This document shows, one piece after another, positions 27,646 to 37,744 of a stretch of 64,000 bases of DNA. The notes below the pieces were generated by a model. The model had not been told where the DNA came from. It saw nothing but the letters and a program-made list of their open reading frames with translations, and searched no databases. This DNA is from an uncultured Elusimicrobia bacterium (GTDB lineage Bacteria; Elusimicrobiota; Elusimicrobia; 2-01-FULL-59-12): contig OY969767.1 in assembly GCA_963702895.1 (NCBI GenBank), positions 1,472,001 through 1,536,000 on the forward strand, written 5' to 3'. The position numbers were made by a program, and so were the translations under genes. Position 1 is the first letter of the stretch, and every line of letters starts with the position of its first letter.

Positions 27646-28917
27646 CACTGGTGTCCGGTAAAAGTTAGCCGAAGCTTAGCCATAGCTGAGGCTCCATAGT
27701 TCGAACTTTTGAAAGATTCTTTTCGGGCATACGCAATAGATCGATGAGACTGAGCCGGTCGAGAAGGGTATTCTGAACCAACCGGTGCAGCAAGAACAGC
27801 GAACGCTGGAATCGTGTCTGGAACTTGATGTAGGCCAGGAGCAGGAAATAGCACAAGGCCACCCAGATTTGGGTAAAGACGGCATTTTTGGAAGTGCCGA
27901 GGAACGTTTTGATTTTGAGATGCTGCTTGAGCCACTTGAAGAACAGCTCGATCTGCCAACGGGCCTTATAGATTTGGGCAATGGTGAAAGCGGCCAGTTT
28001 GAAGTTATTGGTCATAAACTGGTAAGTGATGGCGGTGTCGGCATCGTAGTAGCCGATGAGTCGTAAAGGTTTCTTGTATTTCGTCTTGGTGCGTGGGCCT
28101 GTAAGCTCAATGGTGCGATCGTACAACAGGCCGTTTTTTAAGGGAATTTCTTGCTGTCCGGTGATGCGGCAGGTGAGGTTGTCTTTGGCACGGGTGACGA
28201 AGAAAGAGCCGAGATCGTCGATCTGACGGTACCAGCCGTAATCCATGTAGCCGCGGTCGAAGACATAGATGCTGTCCGGTTCTAAGGGAAAAAGACGTTT
28301 GGCGGCATGGTCGAAGCACTTTCCATCGGTGATGACGGCAAAGGAAGGGATTTGGCCACGCAAGTCCAGTTGGCAATGCAGTTTGATCGCTCCTTTGGCC
28401 TGTTTAAAGGTGGCCCAAGGGAAAAGGTTCAGGCACAGTTCCATGTTCGTGGAATCGAAGCAGGTCACTTTGTGTTTAAAACGGAACTGATGCTTAGGCG
28501 CGATGGCTTGGCACCGATCCAGCAGGTGATAGAAGAGCTTTTCCATGATGCGCCAGTCGCGCCCAGCGTTAGCGTCAGCCAGGGTAGAACGTTTCACTGG
28601 CGGCAGCCCCAAGTGATAGAGCTTGGGTTGTTGCGTGCCTAAAGCCGTCTGGATGTCACGCAGGCTTGTTTTACCGCTGGCCTGAGCATAGAGGAGTGTC
28701 GTGAGCTGGTTCCAAGTCGAGAATTTTTTAACGTAGGCGTCGCCGCCGAAGCCAGAAACGGCTTGGTCGAACTGATGTCGTGGTAAAAGGAGAAGCAGTT
28801 GGTTCATTATGGTGTTAGAATGCATGAGCGAAATCCTCCCTCGGACAGAATGGTTTGCTTGGTCGCAATCATTCTACCGAACCAGGGGGATTTCGCATTT
28901 TTAACCGGACACGAGTG
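27646..28917 (-). mobile_element. IS4-family insertion sequence, copy 1 (1272 bp)
   Basis: TIRs CACTGGTGTCCGGT / CACTCGTGTCCGGT; 9-bp TSD GTGTCGACC. Confidence 0.96.
27665..28825 (-). CDS. IS4-family DDE transposase (DUF4372 + DDE)
   Basis: SLRDI, DST, VFDRGY, YKARWQIELFFK (YREK motif). Confidence 0.96.
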   Translation of the reverse strand: MHSNTIMNQLLLLLPRHQFDQAVSGFGGDAYVKKFSTWNQLTTLLYAQASGKTSLRDIQTALGTQQPKLYHLGLPPVKRSTLADANAGRDWRIMEKLFYHLLDRCQAIAPKHQFRFKHKVTCFDSTNMELCLNLFPWATFKQAKGAIKLHCQLDLRGQIPSFAVITDGKCFDHAAKRLFPLEPDSIYVFDRGYMDYGWYRQIDDLGSFFVTRAKDNLTCRITGQQEIPLKNGLLYDRTIELTGPRTKTKYKKPLRLIGYYDADTAITYQFMTNNFKLAAFTIAQIYKARWQIELFFKWLKQHLKIKTFLGTSKNAVFTQIWVALCYFLLLAYIKFQTRFQRSLFLLHRLVQNTLLDRLSLIDLLRMPEKNLSKVRTMEPQLWLSFG

Positions 28918-29165
28918 GTGTCGACCACCAAACTCCGCGAACATGCGGATAATAATGCCGAAAAAGCGGCTCAGCTCAGGCACGGGAACATTCTACTACT
29001 TCGAACAAACCTAGCTCGGCTAGCATGACGTTTCAAGACACATTGCTTTCGATAAATACTGGACTGACTTCGCTATTCCTCTGAATTTCCAAGGATATCC
29101 CGGAATTTCGGTACTTTTCGCGAAAACTCGCATTGATTATCAAACACTTTGTTTCGAGCAACGTT

Positions 29166-29203
29166 TTTCAAAACAGCGGCTCCACCAACCGAGCTAGCCC
29201 GGC
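29166..29203 (-). pseudogene. Orphan degenerate tRNA 5' half
   Basis: GCCGGGC-TA-GCTC-GGTTGGTG-GAGC-C-GCTGT-TTTGAAA; TATAAT at 29240-29235 upstream. Confidence 0.7.
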
Positions 29204-29247
29204 TAGCAGACCGCCACCTACACAAATTCATGGAATTATAAATCTTT

Positions 29248-30786
29248 TTAGGAAAGGCCAAAGAACTGACGGATACGCCGGCTCAGGGATTCTTGGGGTT
29301 CAGGTGCAGAAGAAGGAAGACGGCTCGCTCCGCGCGCGGCCGCCTGTGCCAGGAACGCCTGCCGCCGCGTGACGAGCGCCGCGAGCTTGTCGCTGAGTTC
29401 AGGTCGCTTGGCCATGACCCGCTGGATCGCCGGCTTATCAATTTCCAGGACCTCGAGCGCCGTTTTCGCGATCACCGTGGCGGCCCTCGGGTCGCCCGTC
29501 AAGACCGACATCTCTCCAAAAATGTCACGCGGCCCAAGGGACGCCACGGGCGCCTGAGGGTCTTCTTTGAGCCAGACTTCGACCTGGCCGCTGATGATGG
29601 AGTACAGGGTCTGTCCCGGCGCGCCTTGCTGAAAAATGACTTCGCGTGGCGCAAAAAGACGATAGGTCGTGGATCGGGAGAGCTCTTTGAGCTCCTCGTT
29701 GAAGAAGGCCTCGGCCAGGCTCCAACGCTTGAGCTCGTCTTCGACACGGTCCTGCTCTTTCCGGGAATGCTCCGAGGCGCGCTCAAGCTGCACCGTCCGT
29801 ATGGGGAAGGGGATGGTGATGCCTTCGCGTTTAAAGGCATACCAGACCTTGGTCAAGACCTCATCCTGGATGCGAAAGCGCTGCGCGAAGTCCTCAATCC
29901 AATAAAAGAGCCCATACACCATGGCGGACTCCCCGTATTCCAGCAAAGGGGCCACCGGAGAGGGAGACCGAACCACGCCGGAGGTCGTCTGCGCGCAATC
30001 CCTCAGGATTTCTTTCACGCGCTCCGGCACCACCGCATAAGAGACCCCAACCTTGAGCATGAGCCTCTTCACCGGGTCCCCGGCCGTATGGTTGACAAAC
30101 GTGTCCTTCTGCAACAGGGTGTTCGGGATATAGACCCGGTGAGATTCCAAAGTCTCGATCGTGGTCCGGGCCCAGTTGATCGTGATCACACGGCCTTCTT
30201 TGCCGTCGAAACTAATCCAGTCCCCGATCCGGACGATATGGCCCAGACCAACCCCAGCGATAAAGGTCTTGATGGAATCTTGCAGGGCCAACGCGATGGC
30301 GGCGGTGGCAATGGTCGGGATGGCCACCAAGGCCAGGGGATTAAAATGAAGCACATAGCGCAAGATCGGGAGAAAGGCCACGACAAAGATCGAAAACTTG
30401 ATCACCGTCCGAAGCGGCGGGGAAATGTAGACGTGCCTGATTTGGACCAGATAGTATTGCAGCAGAAAGACATCCAAGAGCGCCACCACACCCATCGCGG
30501 CTGAGACGCACGTCACAAAGAGGTATGCCGTAATGACGAAGCTGGGCAAAAGACTCGCCAGCGGCGAGGACAAGAGGAAGGCGAGGCCCGCGAAGAGCAG
30601 GAAAGTGCTGAAGAAATGGAGGGTGTCCCCCCACGAGACTTTGATCCGTCTGCGGTAAAGAAAATACCGGAGTCCCAAATAGAGCGGAAACCCTATCCCC
30701 AACACAACCAGCGATCCTTGCAAGGCAAAGACGTACTCTGGAACTTCCTTCATTTGCTGGAAGAGGTCTTGAAAGCTGTTGATCAT
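29248..30786 (-). CDS. MscS mechanosensitive channel with C-terminal cNMP-binding domain
   Basis: ALQDSI, IGDWI, INWART, IPNT, IPFP; FGEMSVLTGDPRAATV. Confidence 0.92.
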   Translation of the reverse strand: MINSFQDLFQQMKEVPEYVFALQGSLVVLGIGFPLYLGLRYFLYRRRIKVSWGDTLHFFSTFLLFAGLAFLLSSPLASLLPSFVITAYLFVTCVSAAMGVVALLDVFLLQYYLVQIRHVYISPPLRTVIKFSIFVVAFLPILRYVLHFNPLALVAIPTIATAAIALALQDSIKTFIAGVGLGHIVRIGDWISFDGKEGRVITINWARTTIETLESHRVYIPNTLLQKDTFVNHTAGDPVKRLMLKVGVSYAVVPERVKEILRDCAQTTSGVVRSPSPVAPLLEYGESAMVYGLFYWIEDFAQRFRIQDEVLTKVWYAFKREGITIPFPIRTVQLERASEHSRKEQDRVEDELKRWSLAEAFFNEELKELSRSTTYRLFAPREVIFQQGAPGQTLYSIISGQVEVWLKEDPQAPVASLGPRDIFGEMSVLTGDPRAATVIAKTALEVLEIDKPAIQRVMAKRPELSDKLAALVTRRQAFLAQAAARGASRLPSSAPEPQESLSRRIRQFFGLS

Positions 30787-30803
30787 CTTACGCTCATAAA
30801 AAC

Positions 30804-31304
30804 TTAGGGGTGAACTTTCGGGCTCAGCTGGAGAACGAGGTCCATTTCATCGTTGACCGACGCCATGGCCAGGCGCGACTCCCGAATGAGCACAAGGCTT
30901 GCGTAGAAAAGGCATGCCACCGCCAACAGACCCATGGGGATGGGCAGCCACGTCAATCGTCCCACGACCGCGACGACACCCGCCACGACACTCGTCCCGA
31001 TCAGGCAGCTTAAGGACATGTAGAGCAGTGTCATCGTTTGCTGGAGGATGCGGGAGCGCTGGGTTAAGCGCTCGAGCTGGACAAACAAAAGTCGGCGCCG
31101 TTCTTGATACAAGGGGTGCGAAGCGGAGCTTTCAGCCCACTGTTGAAATTCCTGGGCAATGCGGTGAGCTTTATCAATCACACGGGACAAACGTTGGGCC
31201 GTGGCGCCGATCAAGGACGCGCAGGCTAGAATCAGCAGAGACGGCGTGATGATCGCCGAAAGCATCGAAAGACTTGTTCCTAAGGGCGTCATGGTATTGC
31301 TCAA
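30804..31304 (-). CDS. DUF2721 membrane protein
   Basis: AIITPSLLILAC...RLSRVID; three hydrophobic segments. Confidence 0.82.
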   Translation of the reverse strand: MSNTMTPLGTSLSMLSAIITPSLLILACASLIGATAQRLSRVIDKAHRIAQEFQQWAESSASHPLYQERRRLLFVQLERLTQRSRILQQTMTLLYMSLSCLIGTSVVAGVVAVVGRLTWLPIPMGLLAVACLFYASLVLIRESRLAMASVNDEMDLVLQLSPKVHP

Positions 31305-31368
31305 ACCTTCATGATGGAAAGACTTGTGCTCATGATCGTCGAAGGGCCCATTTTATCATATGGCCTTC

Positions 31369-31836
31369 TTAGGCTCCCCGGTTCAGGCGCCAGAGGACGA
31401 AGTTGAGGACGGTGGCGAAGCCGACCCAGGCGAGGTACGGCAGCATCAGGGCGCCGGCGGCGCGGTCCTCGCGCCAGAACAGCGCGGTGACGGCCAGGAT
31501 CATCCCCCACAGTGCCACGATGTCCACGAAGGCGAGATCCGGCCGGTGCAACCCAAAGAAAAGGTAGGACCAGAGGGCGTTGAGCCCGAGTTGGACAATG
31601 AAGAAAGCAAGGGCGGCCCCAGCGCCTGAAAATCCAGCCTTTCGCCACACCAGCCAGGCCGCTGTGGCCATCATCAGATAGAGCGCCGTCCAGACCGGCG
31701 CGAAAACACCGCTGGGTGGGTTCCAGGAGGGTTTGACGAGCGACGCGTACCACTCGCCCGGCATAAACTGCGATCCTATCCAGGCCGCCGCCAAGGTGAG
31801 CGCCATCCACCCCATCAAACCGGCGACATTGATCAT
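31369..31836 (-). CDS. tspO: Tryptophan-rich sensory protein TspO/MBR
   Basis: WYASLVKPSWNPP, FAPVWTALY, LNALWSYLFF, PYLAWVGFATVLN; AGGAGG RBS. Confidence 0.93.
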   Translation of the reverse strand: MINVAGLMGWMALTLAAAWIGSQFMPGEWYASLVKPSWNPPSGVFAPVWTALYLMMATAAWLVWRKAGFSGAGAALAFFIVQLGLNALWSYLFFGLHRPDLAFVDIVALWGMILAVTALFWREDRAAGALMLPYLAWVGFATVLNFVLWRLNRGA

Positions 31837-31849
31837 TCGTTTTGCCTCC

Positions 31850-32701
31850 TTAGTTATAGAGATGTTTGAATGCCGAGATCCTACGCCGCGTGCGATGGCC
31901 GTTAAAGGAGTAAACCTCGATCTGTGTGCCAAAACCTTCTTTGGCGATGTAGAGGACGATTTCCTTCCAGCCATCCCCGTCGATGTCCAGGCAGCTTAAA
32001 AACCGATAGAAGTCCCTTTGCGCGTAAAGGCGCTGGTGCTCATCGATCGAGCGGGAGGCGGGTTTAAAGGACGTTTGCTGCACGAGTGGATAGTTTTTCC
32101 ATTTCCCCCCATCAGCCACTTGAAGAAGCGCCACCGCGTAGACCGCGGAGGGCTGGTCGTCCCGCAGCGCACTGGCGTCCGAATGAGCGCAAAGAAGCCT
32201 CGCCTGGGGCCCAGCCGGAGTCAAGAGAACACGATAAGCCTGCGTCAGATAGGGACGAGGAACGTTCAACTTGCGCTTCTTGAGGTAGGCCGACATCCGG
32301 TCGAGGAGTTCTGGATCATCCAGAGGCAAAGCGTGCGCGCGGTCCGCGGCCAAAGGAGGTTGTCCGACCACGGCGAGCGCGTAGGGTTCCCCGGCATCCT
32401 CACGGTACCAGTGGCCGATACGGGCCGTCCATTCCACGGCCGTACCGAGAGGGTTCGGCCGATACGGTTCAAGGTTGCTGACCTGAGCGACTTTCCCGGC
32501 CATCGTGTAAAGGGTGAAGACGTCTTCGGGTCCAGGTTGCTCATAAAACTCCTGATACGAAGCCCAGCCTTGAGCGGGCTCATACTTGCCGATCCCCATG
32601 GACACCAGGTCCGAGGTGACAAAAGCAAGAAAATATCGGGTTTCGCCCCACACAGGACAGCAGGTCCAAAGCACACACAGGCCGCCAGCCAGAAACCCCA
32701 T
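31850..32701 (-). CDS. Hypothetical secreted protein
   Basis: Signal-peptide-like N-terminus; DIDGDGWKEI motif. Confidence 0.7.
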   Translation of the reverse strand: MGFLAGGLCVLWTCCPVWGETRYFLAFVTSDLVSMGIGKYEPAQGWASYQEFYEQPGPEDVFTLYTMAGKVAQVSNLEPYRPNPLGTAVEWTARIGHWYREDAGEPYALAVVGQPPLAADRAHALPLDDPELLDRMSAYLKKRKLNVPRPYLTQAYRVLLTPAGPQARLLCAHSDASALRDDQPSAVYAVALLQVADGGKWKNYPLVQQTSFKPASRSIDEHQRLYAQRDFYRFLSCLDIDGDGWKEIVLYIAKEGFGTQIEVYSFNGHRTRRRISAFKHLYN

Positions 32702-32754
32702 CCCACACCGGCTGCCCGTTTTACTTCGCAGGGGACACCTCCCAGAGCTTCGTT

Positions 32755-33939
32755 TCAGAAAAGGATCTTCAGGAGCTTCGCGATCAACTGGTCAAGCGGT
32801 ATCACAAAAAGGACAAGCGGCACGAGTGGCAACAGCGCGGCCGCAGCCGTCTCCAGCACGGCGTCCCGGTCGAAAGGGACGACACGCATCCGGTCCACGA
32901 TCGCATAACTGTTCGCCAGATCCGCAAGCGATTGGATGTCGGCAGAACCCAAGAGCACCTCAGAAGAGCCTGTATTCTTCTCGTTCCATTTCCGGTCGAA
33001 GTCGGACACGTAACGGTTCGACAGGGTCCCGTATTCAATTTCCCCCTTCACCTTGGCTCTCCAAAGGGAGGGCATAAACGCGCATAGGGGCCCGAGCGCT
33101 ATCAGCATCAAAATGACAACAAGCACAATCATTTCGAACTTGAAGGAGACGAGACTCGCGCCCTCATAAAGGATCTTACCGGCGACCACACCAGAGAGAA
33201 TGGAGCTCAGCGCAAAGAGGACCGGCGAAAAAGCGGTCGCTGTACGCGAGAGGAAGGAGAGGCCTGCCGCATGATCGGGATGGGTCGGAATAAGCTTCAA
33301 GGGAAGGCGATTCATCCGCCATAGCAAAGAGGTCCACAGGCCCCAGCGGTAAAACCAGCGTAAGAGAATAAACTGAAAGAGCGGCATGCTGACCCAGGAG
33401 TACCAGGCACCCGCAGCCGTCATCTGCGAGCCTTGATCGGTAAACCGGGCGTACCAGGTCGAGGTTTTGAGTGCAATCTCTTGAGAGATCAGGTGGGTCA
33501 CAGCGAAGACTGTGACGATAAGCCCCACCTCGATGGCCGTCGAGTTGCGCCAGCGCAAGACCGAAGCGAGCAAGGATTGAAATCGTGGCAGAGCCTCTGG
33601 CAGCACGATCTCCCGGCCCACAAACTGCTGCAAAGCAGGCTCAAGACGCCTTTGGATGACGCGCTCGGCCAAAATTAGGAGAGGCAGCGCAACGAGAAAA
33701 CGCGCTTGTGTAGCCAGGTCATACACAAACGGGACCGGGACGCCCTCAAGGGCTGTGCCCGCCATAACGGACAATAGGAACGGAGGCAGCCACGCGAAGA
33801 GCGTGATGACCGTGACCCTGCGCCCCAGCAGGTCGAGCGGACCGCTCCCCAGCCGGAGGCGCAGGAGAAGTTGATAAATCGGTCCGCCTGCAGTGAGCGA
33901 AAAATCAAGCGGAGTGCCGGGACGATATTTTTCAGACAT
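32755..33939 (-). CDS. Hypothetical polytopic membrane protein
   Basis: Multiple TM segments, HPDHAAGLSFL, LLGSADIQSLADL; start after GAGGGGG RBS. Confidence 0.8.
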   Translation of the reverse strand: MSEKYRPGTPLDFSLTAGGPIYQLLLRLRLGSGPLDLLGRRVTVITLFAWLPPFLLSVMAGTALEGVPVPFVYDLATQARFLVALPLLILAERVIQRRLEPALQQFVGREIVLPEALPRFQSLLASVLRWRNSTAIEVGLIVTVFAVTHLISQEIALKTSTWYARFTDQGSQMTAAGAWYSWVSMPLFQFILLRWFYRWGLWTSLLWRMNRLPLKLIPTHPDHAAGLSFLSRTATAFSPVLFALSSILSGVVAGKILYEGASLVSFKFEMIVLVVILMLIALGPLCAFMPSLWRAKVKGEIEYGTLSNRYVSDFDRKWNEKNTGSSEVLLGSADIQSLADLANSYAIVDRMRVVPFDRDAVLETAAAALLPLVPLVLFVIPLDQLIAKLLKILF

Positions 33940-33970
33940 TAGAACCCCCTCAGGCCATACGATGAGCAAC

Positions 33971-34131
33971 GTCATCCCCCGCGGACGTTAGCGGGGGAAC
34001 CATCATTACTTTTTCGTTCGCTGATAGACCCCGGGTCTCCACAAGTCCAGCGACCCTCCGCCACATCCGACACACGTCAGTCGGATCCGCCCAATGCGTG
34101 GAGAGCCGGCTTCCAACCGCCAAGGGGTGAC
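33971..34131. repeat. REP-like doublet with nested dyads
   Basis: GTCATCCCCCGC...GCGGGGGAACC...TAGACCCCGGGTCTCCACAAG...GGGGTGAC. Confidence 0.85.
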
Positions 34132-34157
34132 GTCTCTCTCAATTTTGCTGGCTCGTA

Positions 34158-34898
34158 TCATTTCGATGATGACTGGATATCCTTCTCTACCTGCCGATAG
34201 GCCTGCTCCGACTCACGTGAGACTTTCTCGGACATGTCGCGGACCTCATTGGATAGTTGTTTCCGTTTATCTTTCACCTCTTTATCGATGGGTTTCAGGG
34301 ATTTGGTCAAGCGAGTGACTTCCTTCTTCAGTGAATCCATTTCCTTCTTGGCGCTTTTGCTGTTCTGTTTCGAAAGCTCAGCGATCTTGGCGTTGGACGA
34401 CGCGATGTTCTTTTCAATGTCCTGGCGCCGCTTCAGGGCGCCGCCGATCTCCTTTTCCCATCGCTCCGTGAACTGCTTGAGGGAAGCGATTTCCTTTTCA
34501 TGGTAGGTGACCAGTGCCTGAAGCTGCGGGACAGCTGGCGCGGGTGCGGCGTCTGACACGGCAGGCGTCGCTTCGGATTCCTTCTTGGAAACCGCCGCAG
34601 GTGCAGGTGTCGCGGTCGAAACGCTGACTGCAGGCGCCGCCGCAGCCGCCTCGGCGCTCTTGGCCGGCTCGGCAGCCTTCACGTCGGGCGCTGTTTCTTT
34701 CGCCGGCTCTGCGGCCTTGGTGGGCTCGGCCGCTTTCTCTTCGGCTGCCGCGGGTTTCGCTGGCTCAGCAGCTTTCACATCCGTGACCGCCGCCTTCGCC
34801 TCGGTTCCCGTCGGCTCAGCTTCCTTCTTCTCCTGTGCCCCAACAGCGGACGAGAGGCTCCACACCAGCATCAGCACGAGATAGCGTTTCATGTTCAT
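34158..34898 (-). CDS. Secreted Ala/Glu/Pro-rich coiled-coil hypothetical protein
   Basis: Signal peptide, KAAEP repeats, heptad-rich C-terminus. Confidence 0.75.
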   Translation of the reverse strand: MNMKRYLVLMLVWSLSSAVGAQEKKEAEPTGTEAKAAVTDVKAAEPAKPAAAEEKAAEPTKAAEPAKETAPDVKAAEPAKSAEAAAAAPAVSVSTATPAPAAVSKKESEATPAVSDAAPAPAVPQLQALVTYHEKEIASLKQFTERWEKEIGGALKRRQDIEKNIASSNAKIAELSKQNSKSAKKEMDSLKKEVTRLTKSLKPIDKEVKDKRKQLSNEVRDMSEKVSRESEQAYRQVEKDIQSSSK

Positions 34899-34934
34899 CC
34901 TCCTCGATTTTACTTTGTCAATTTCAATGATCTT

Positions 34935-35711
34935 CTAGAACGAGATCACGACACCTGCAACAAATTGATTAAACAGAGTAAACGTATAAACCTCGTCGTT
35001 ATCGGCGCCGCCTTCGAGCAGCCTGTAGCCGGCTTTAAGGGAAAAGGTCCGGTTGAGATCATACATTCCCGCAAATAAAACGTCCTCGGCTCGGCCTTGC
35101 GGGGCTGCGAGGGCCTCGCCGTCCATCAAGAGATGGAACTTCTCGAAAGGGGTCCATTGGACGAGGAAACTGAAGAGCGGGACGACACCCGTGTTCTTCT
35201 TCTCCGAGACCATGTTCCCGCTCTGGAGCTTGATCGCCGCATCACGCACCTTGAGCGCGCCACCCAACCCAAACTGCCAACTCCCCGGCGTGTCGAACAG
35301 GTAACGGTAGATCAATCGATACGAATCAAACCGGAACGTCGCGTCCACCGAGGAACCTTGAGAAAAGGTCGATCCGTTGAAATCGACATCCTGGTCCAGC
35401 ATCCCATGGGATTCCACGGTCAAGGGCGCGATCAAGACCCCCAGCCAATGACGCTTGGAGAAGGTGTGGCTGTAACGGATCCGGAACGCCGCCGCATTTT
35501 CAGACTCCAGGTCGTCCGTTAGCGAAAACTCGGTGCCTGTATCCCCCGGAATACGGACGTTGATGTAACCGGGCACGACATAAGCCCCTTCCAGGTCAAA
35601 AACGTTCTGAGCCAGCGCGACTGGCACAAGAACAGAACCGATGAGTCCAGCGGCAAAGGCGGTTCTGGCGATCTCCCGACAAAACCCATCTGGCAAGATC
35701 TTGATGCCCAC
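34935..35711 (-). CDS. Putative outer-membrane beta-barrel protein
   Basis: Signal peptide, amphipathic strands, C-terminal Phe. Confidence 0.75.
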   Translation of the reverse strand: MGIKILPDGFCREIARTAFAAGLIGSVLVPVALAQNVFDLEGAYVVPGYINVRIPGDTGTEFSLTDDLESENAAAFRIRYSHTFSKRHWLGVLIAPLTVESHGMLDQDVDFNGSTFSQGSSVDATFRFDSYRLIYRYLFDTPGSWQFGLGGALKVRDAAIKLQSGNMVSEKKNTGVVPLFSFLVQWTPFEKFHLLMDGEALAAPQGRAEDVLFAGMYDLNRTFSLKAGYRLLEGGADNDEVYTFTLFNQFVAGVVISF

Positions 35712-36472
35712 GTTTGAATAAACCGCCTACAGTTTTCGATAGGTTTCAGGAGCTTCAAACAAGGCACCGTCTGTCTTGACTGAGCCCGCTTCGAGAACCT
35801 CGTTGAGCATCATGACGGTGGGGCCCGTCGCACCGAGGGTTTTCTCCATTTCGATGACCCAGAAGGGACGTTCTGAGCTGGCCAGAGGCTTGCGCTCATC
35901 GGATTCGGGAGGTGCTCCAAGCCCCGCCGCCAGAGAGGCGACAAATTCCGTGATCTCACCCGAGGCTCCGGGAGCCCCTTCCGCTTTCGGTTGCCAGCTC
36001 CAGGCGGCAAGCTGTCGCACGGTCACCCCTTGGATCTGGGCGCGCGCGCCGCGGTAGGCCGCTTGGATCTTCTTGAAGTCTTCTGGGTTGCCGTTCATCT
36101 CGAGGAGCTGTTTATTGAGCGTCCTCAGCAGCCAGCCGAGCGTCAGCTGCTCGGACCGATGCTGGGTTAAGAGATCCTCGCTGAAGCGCTCCTCCGCTTT
36201 CCGAAACTGAACGACCGAGGCGGCTTTCTCGGTCACCCACAGTTTTTCGAGCAGCGTCTCGGTCGCGACCACTTGCCCTGTGCCGGCGTTCGAGAAATCC
36301 ACCTCCACGCGGATCGTATAGGACTGGCATGGAAAACCGTTGACTTTCGCCGAGCCCAGCGGGCCTGTGACACGGGGTTCAATTCGTGAGACTTTGAGAG
36401 AAGCTGGATCCATGGAAGCGCCGGACACCGCCGGGCCGCCCTCATCGAAGGACGGTACATAGGGTGCCACAC

Positions 36473-37744
36473 CACTGGTGTCCGGTAAAAGTTAGCCGAA
36501 GCTTAGCCATAGCTGAGGCTCCATAGTTCGAACTTTTGAAAGATTCTTTTCGGGCATACGCAATAGATCGATGAGACTGAGCCGGTCGAGAAGGGTATTC
36601 TGAACCAACCGGTGCAGCAAGAACAGCGAACGCTGGAATCGTGTCTGGAACTTGATGTAGGCCAGGAGCAGGAAATAGCACAAGGCCACCCAGATTTGGG
36701 TAAAGACGGCATTTTTGGAAGTGCCGAGGAACGTTTTGATTTTGAGATGCTGCTTGAGCCACTTGAAGAACAGCTCGATCTGCCAACGGGCCTTATAGAT
36801 TTGGGCAATGGTGAAAGCGGCCAGTTTGAAGTTATTGGTCATAAACTGGTAAGTGATGGCGGTGTCGGCATCGTAGTAGCCGATGAGTCGTAAAGGTTTC
36901 TTGTATTTCGTCTTGGTGCGTGGGCCTGTAAGCTCAATGGTGCGATCGTACAACAGGCCGTTTTTTAAGGGAATTTCTTGCTGTCCGGTGATGCGGCAGG
37001 TGAGGTTGTCTTTGGCACGGGTGACGAAGAAAGAGCCGAGATCGTCGATCTGACGGTACCAGCCGTAATCCATGTAGCCGCGGTCGAAGACATAGATGCT
37101 GTCCGGTTCTAAGGGAAAAAGACGTTTGGCGGCATGGTCGAAGCACTTTCCATCGGTGATGACGGCAAAGGAAGGGATTTGGCCACGCAAGTCCAGTTGG
37201 CAATGCAGTTTGATCGCTCCTTTGGCCTGTTTAAAGGTGGCCCAAGGGAAAAGGTTCAGGCACAGTTCCATGTTCGTGGAATCGAAGCAGGTCACTTTGT
37301 GTTTAAAACGGAACTGATGCTTAGGCGCGATGGCTTGGCACCGATCCAGCAGGTGATAGAAGAGCTTTTCCATGATGCGCCAGTCGCGCCCAGCGTTAGC
37401 GTCAGCCAGGGTAGAACGTTTCACTGGCGGCAGCCCCAAGTGATAGAGCTTGGGTTGTTGCGTGCCTAAAGCCGTCTGGATGTCACGCAGGCTTGTTTTA
37501 CCGCTGGCCTGAGCATAGAGGAGTGTCGTGAGCTGGTTCCAAGTCGAGAATTTTTTAACGTAGGCGTCGCCGCCGAAGCCAGAAACGGCTTGGTCGAACT
37601 GATGTCGTGGTAAAAGGAGAAGCAGTTGGTTCATTATGGTGTTAGAATGCATGAGCGAAATCCTCCCTCGGACAGAATGGTTTGCTTGGTCGCAATCATT
37701 CTACCGAACCAGGGGGATTTCGCATTTTTAACCGGACACGAGTG
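36473..37744 (-). mobile_element. IS4-family insertion sequence, copy 2 (1272 bp)
   Basis: Same TIRs and length as copy 1; 9-bp TSD GTGCCACAC. Confidence 0.96.
36492..37652 (-). CDS. IS4-family DDE transposase
   Basis: Protein identical to 27665..28825. Confidence 0.96.
   Translation of the reverse strand: MHSNTIMNQLLLLLPRHQFDQAVSGFGGDAYVKKFSTWNQLTTLLYAQASGKTSLRDIQTALGTQQPKLYHLGLPPVKRSTLADANAGRDWRIMEKLFYHLLDRCQAIAPKHQFRFKHKVTCFDSTNMELCLNLFPWATFKQAKGAIKLHCQLDLRGQIPSFAVITDGKCFDHAAKRLFPLEPDSIYVFDRGYMDYGWYRQIDDLGSFFVTRAKDNLTCRITGQQEIPLKNGLLYDRTIELTGPRTKTKYKKPLRLIGYYDADTAITYQFMTNNFKLAAFTIAQIYKARWQIELFFKWLKQHLKIKTFLGTSKNAVFTQIWVALCYFLLLAYIKFQTRFQRSLFLLHRLVQNTLLDRLSLIDLLRMPEKNLSKVRTMEPQLWLSFG

Larger units (their letters stand above)
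27433..28983 (-). pseudogene. DUF4160 (DhiT-like toxin) gene interrupted by IS4
   Basis: Removing the IS and one TSD restores an 89-aa ORF MPELSRFFGIIIRMFAEFGGRHHKAHFHAYY...PIKPLK. Confidence 0.9.

Noticed and set aside
29166..29172. Ser (TGA anticodon) or other functional tRNA at the orphan 5' half
   Set aside because: No adjacent 3' half and a degenerate D-loop; the loop is more likely a decayed Thr loop or crossover point.
27646..37744. Composite transposon
   Set aside because: Each IS has its own distinct TSD and interrupts a different gene.
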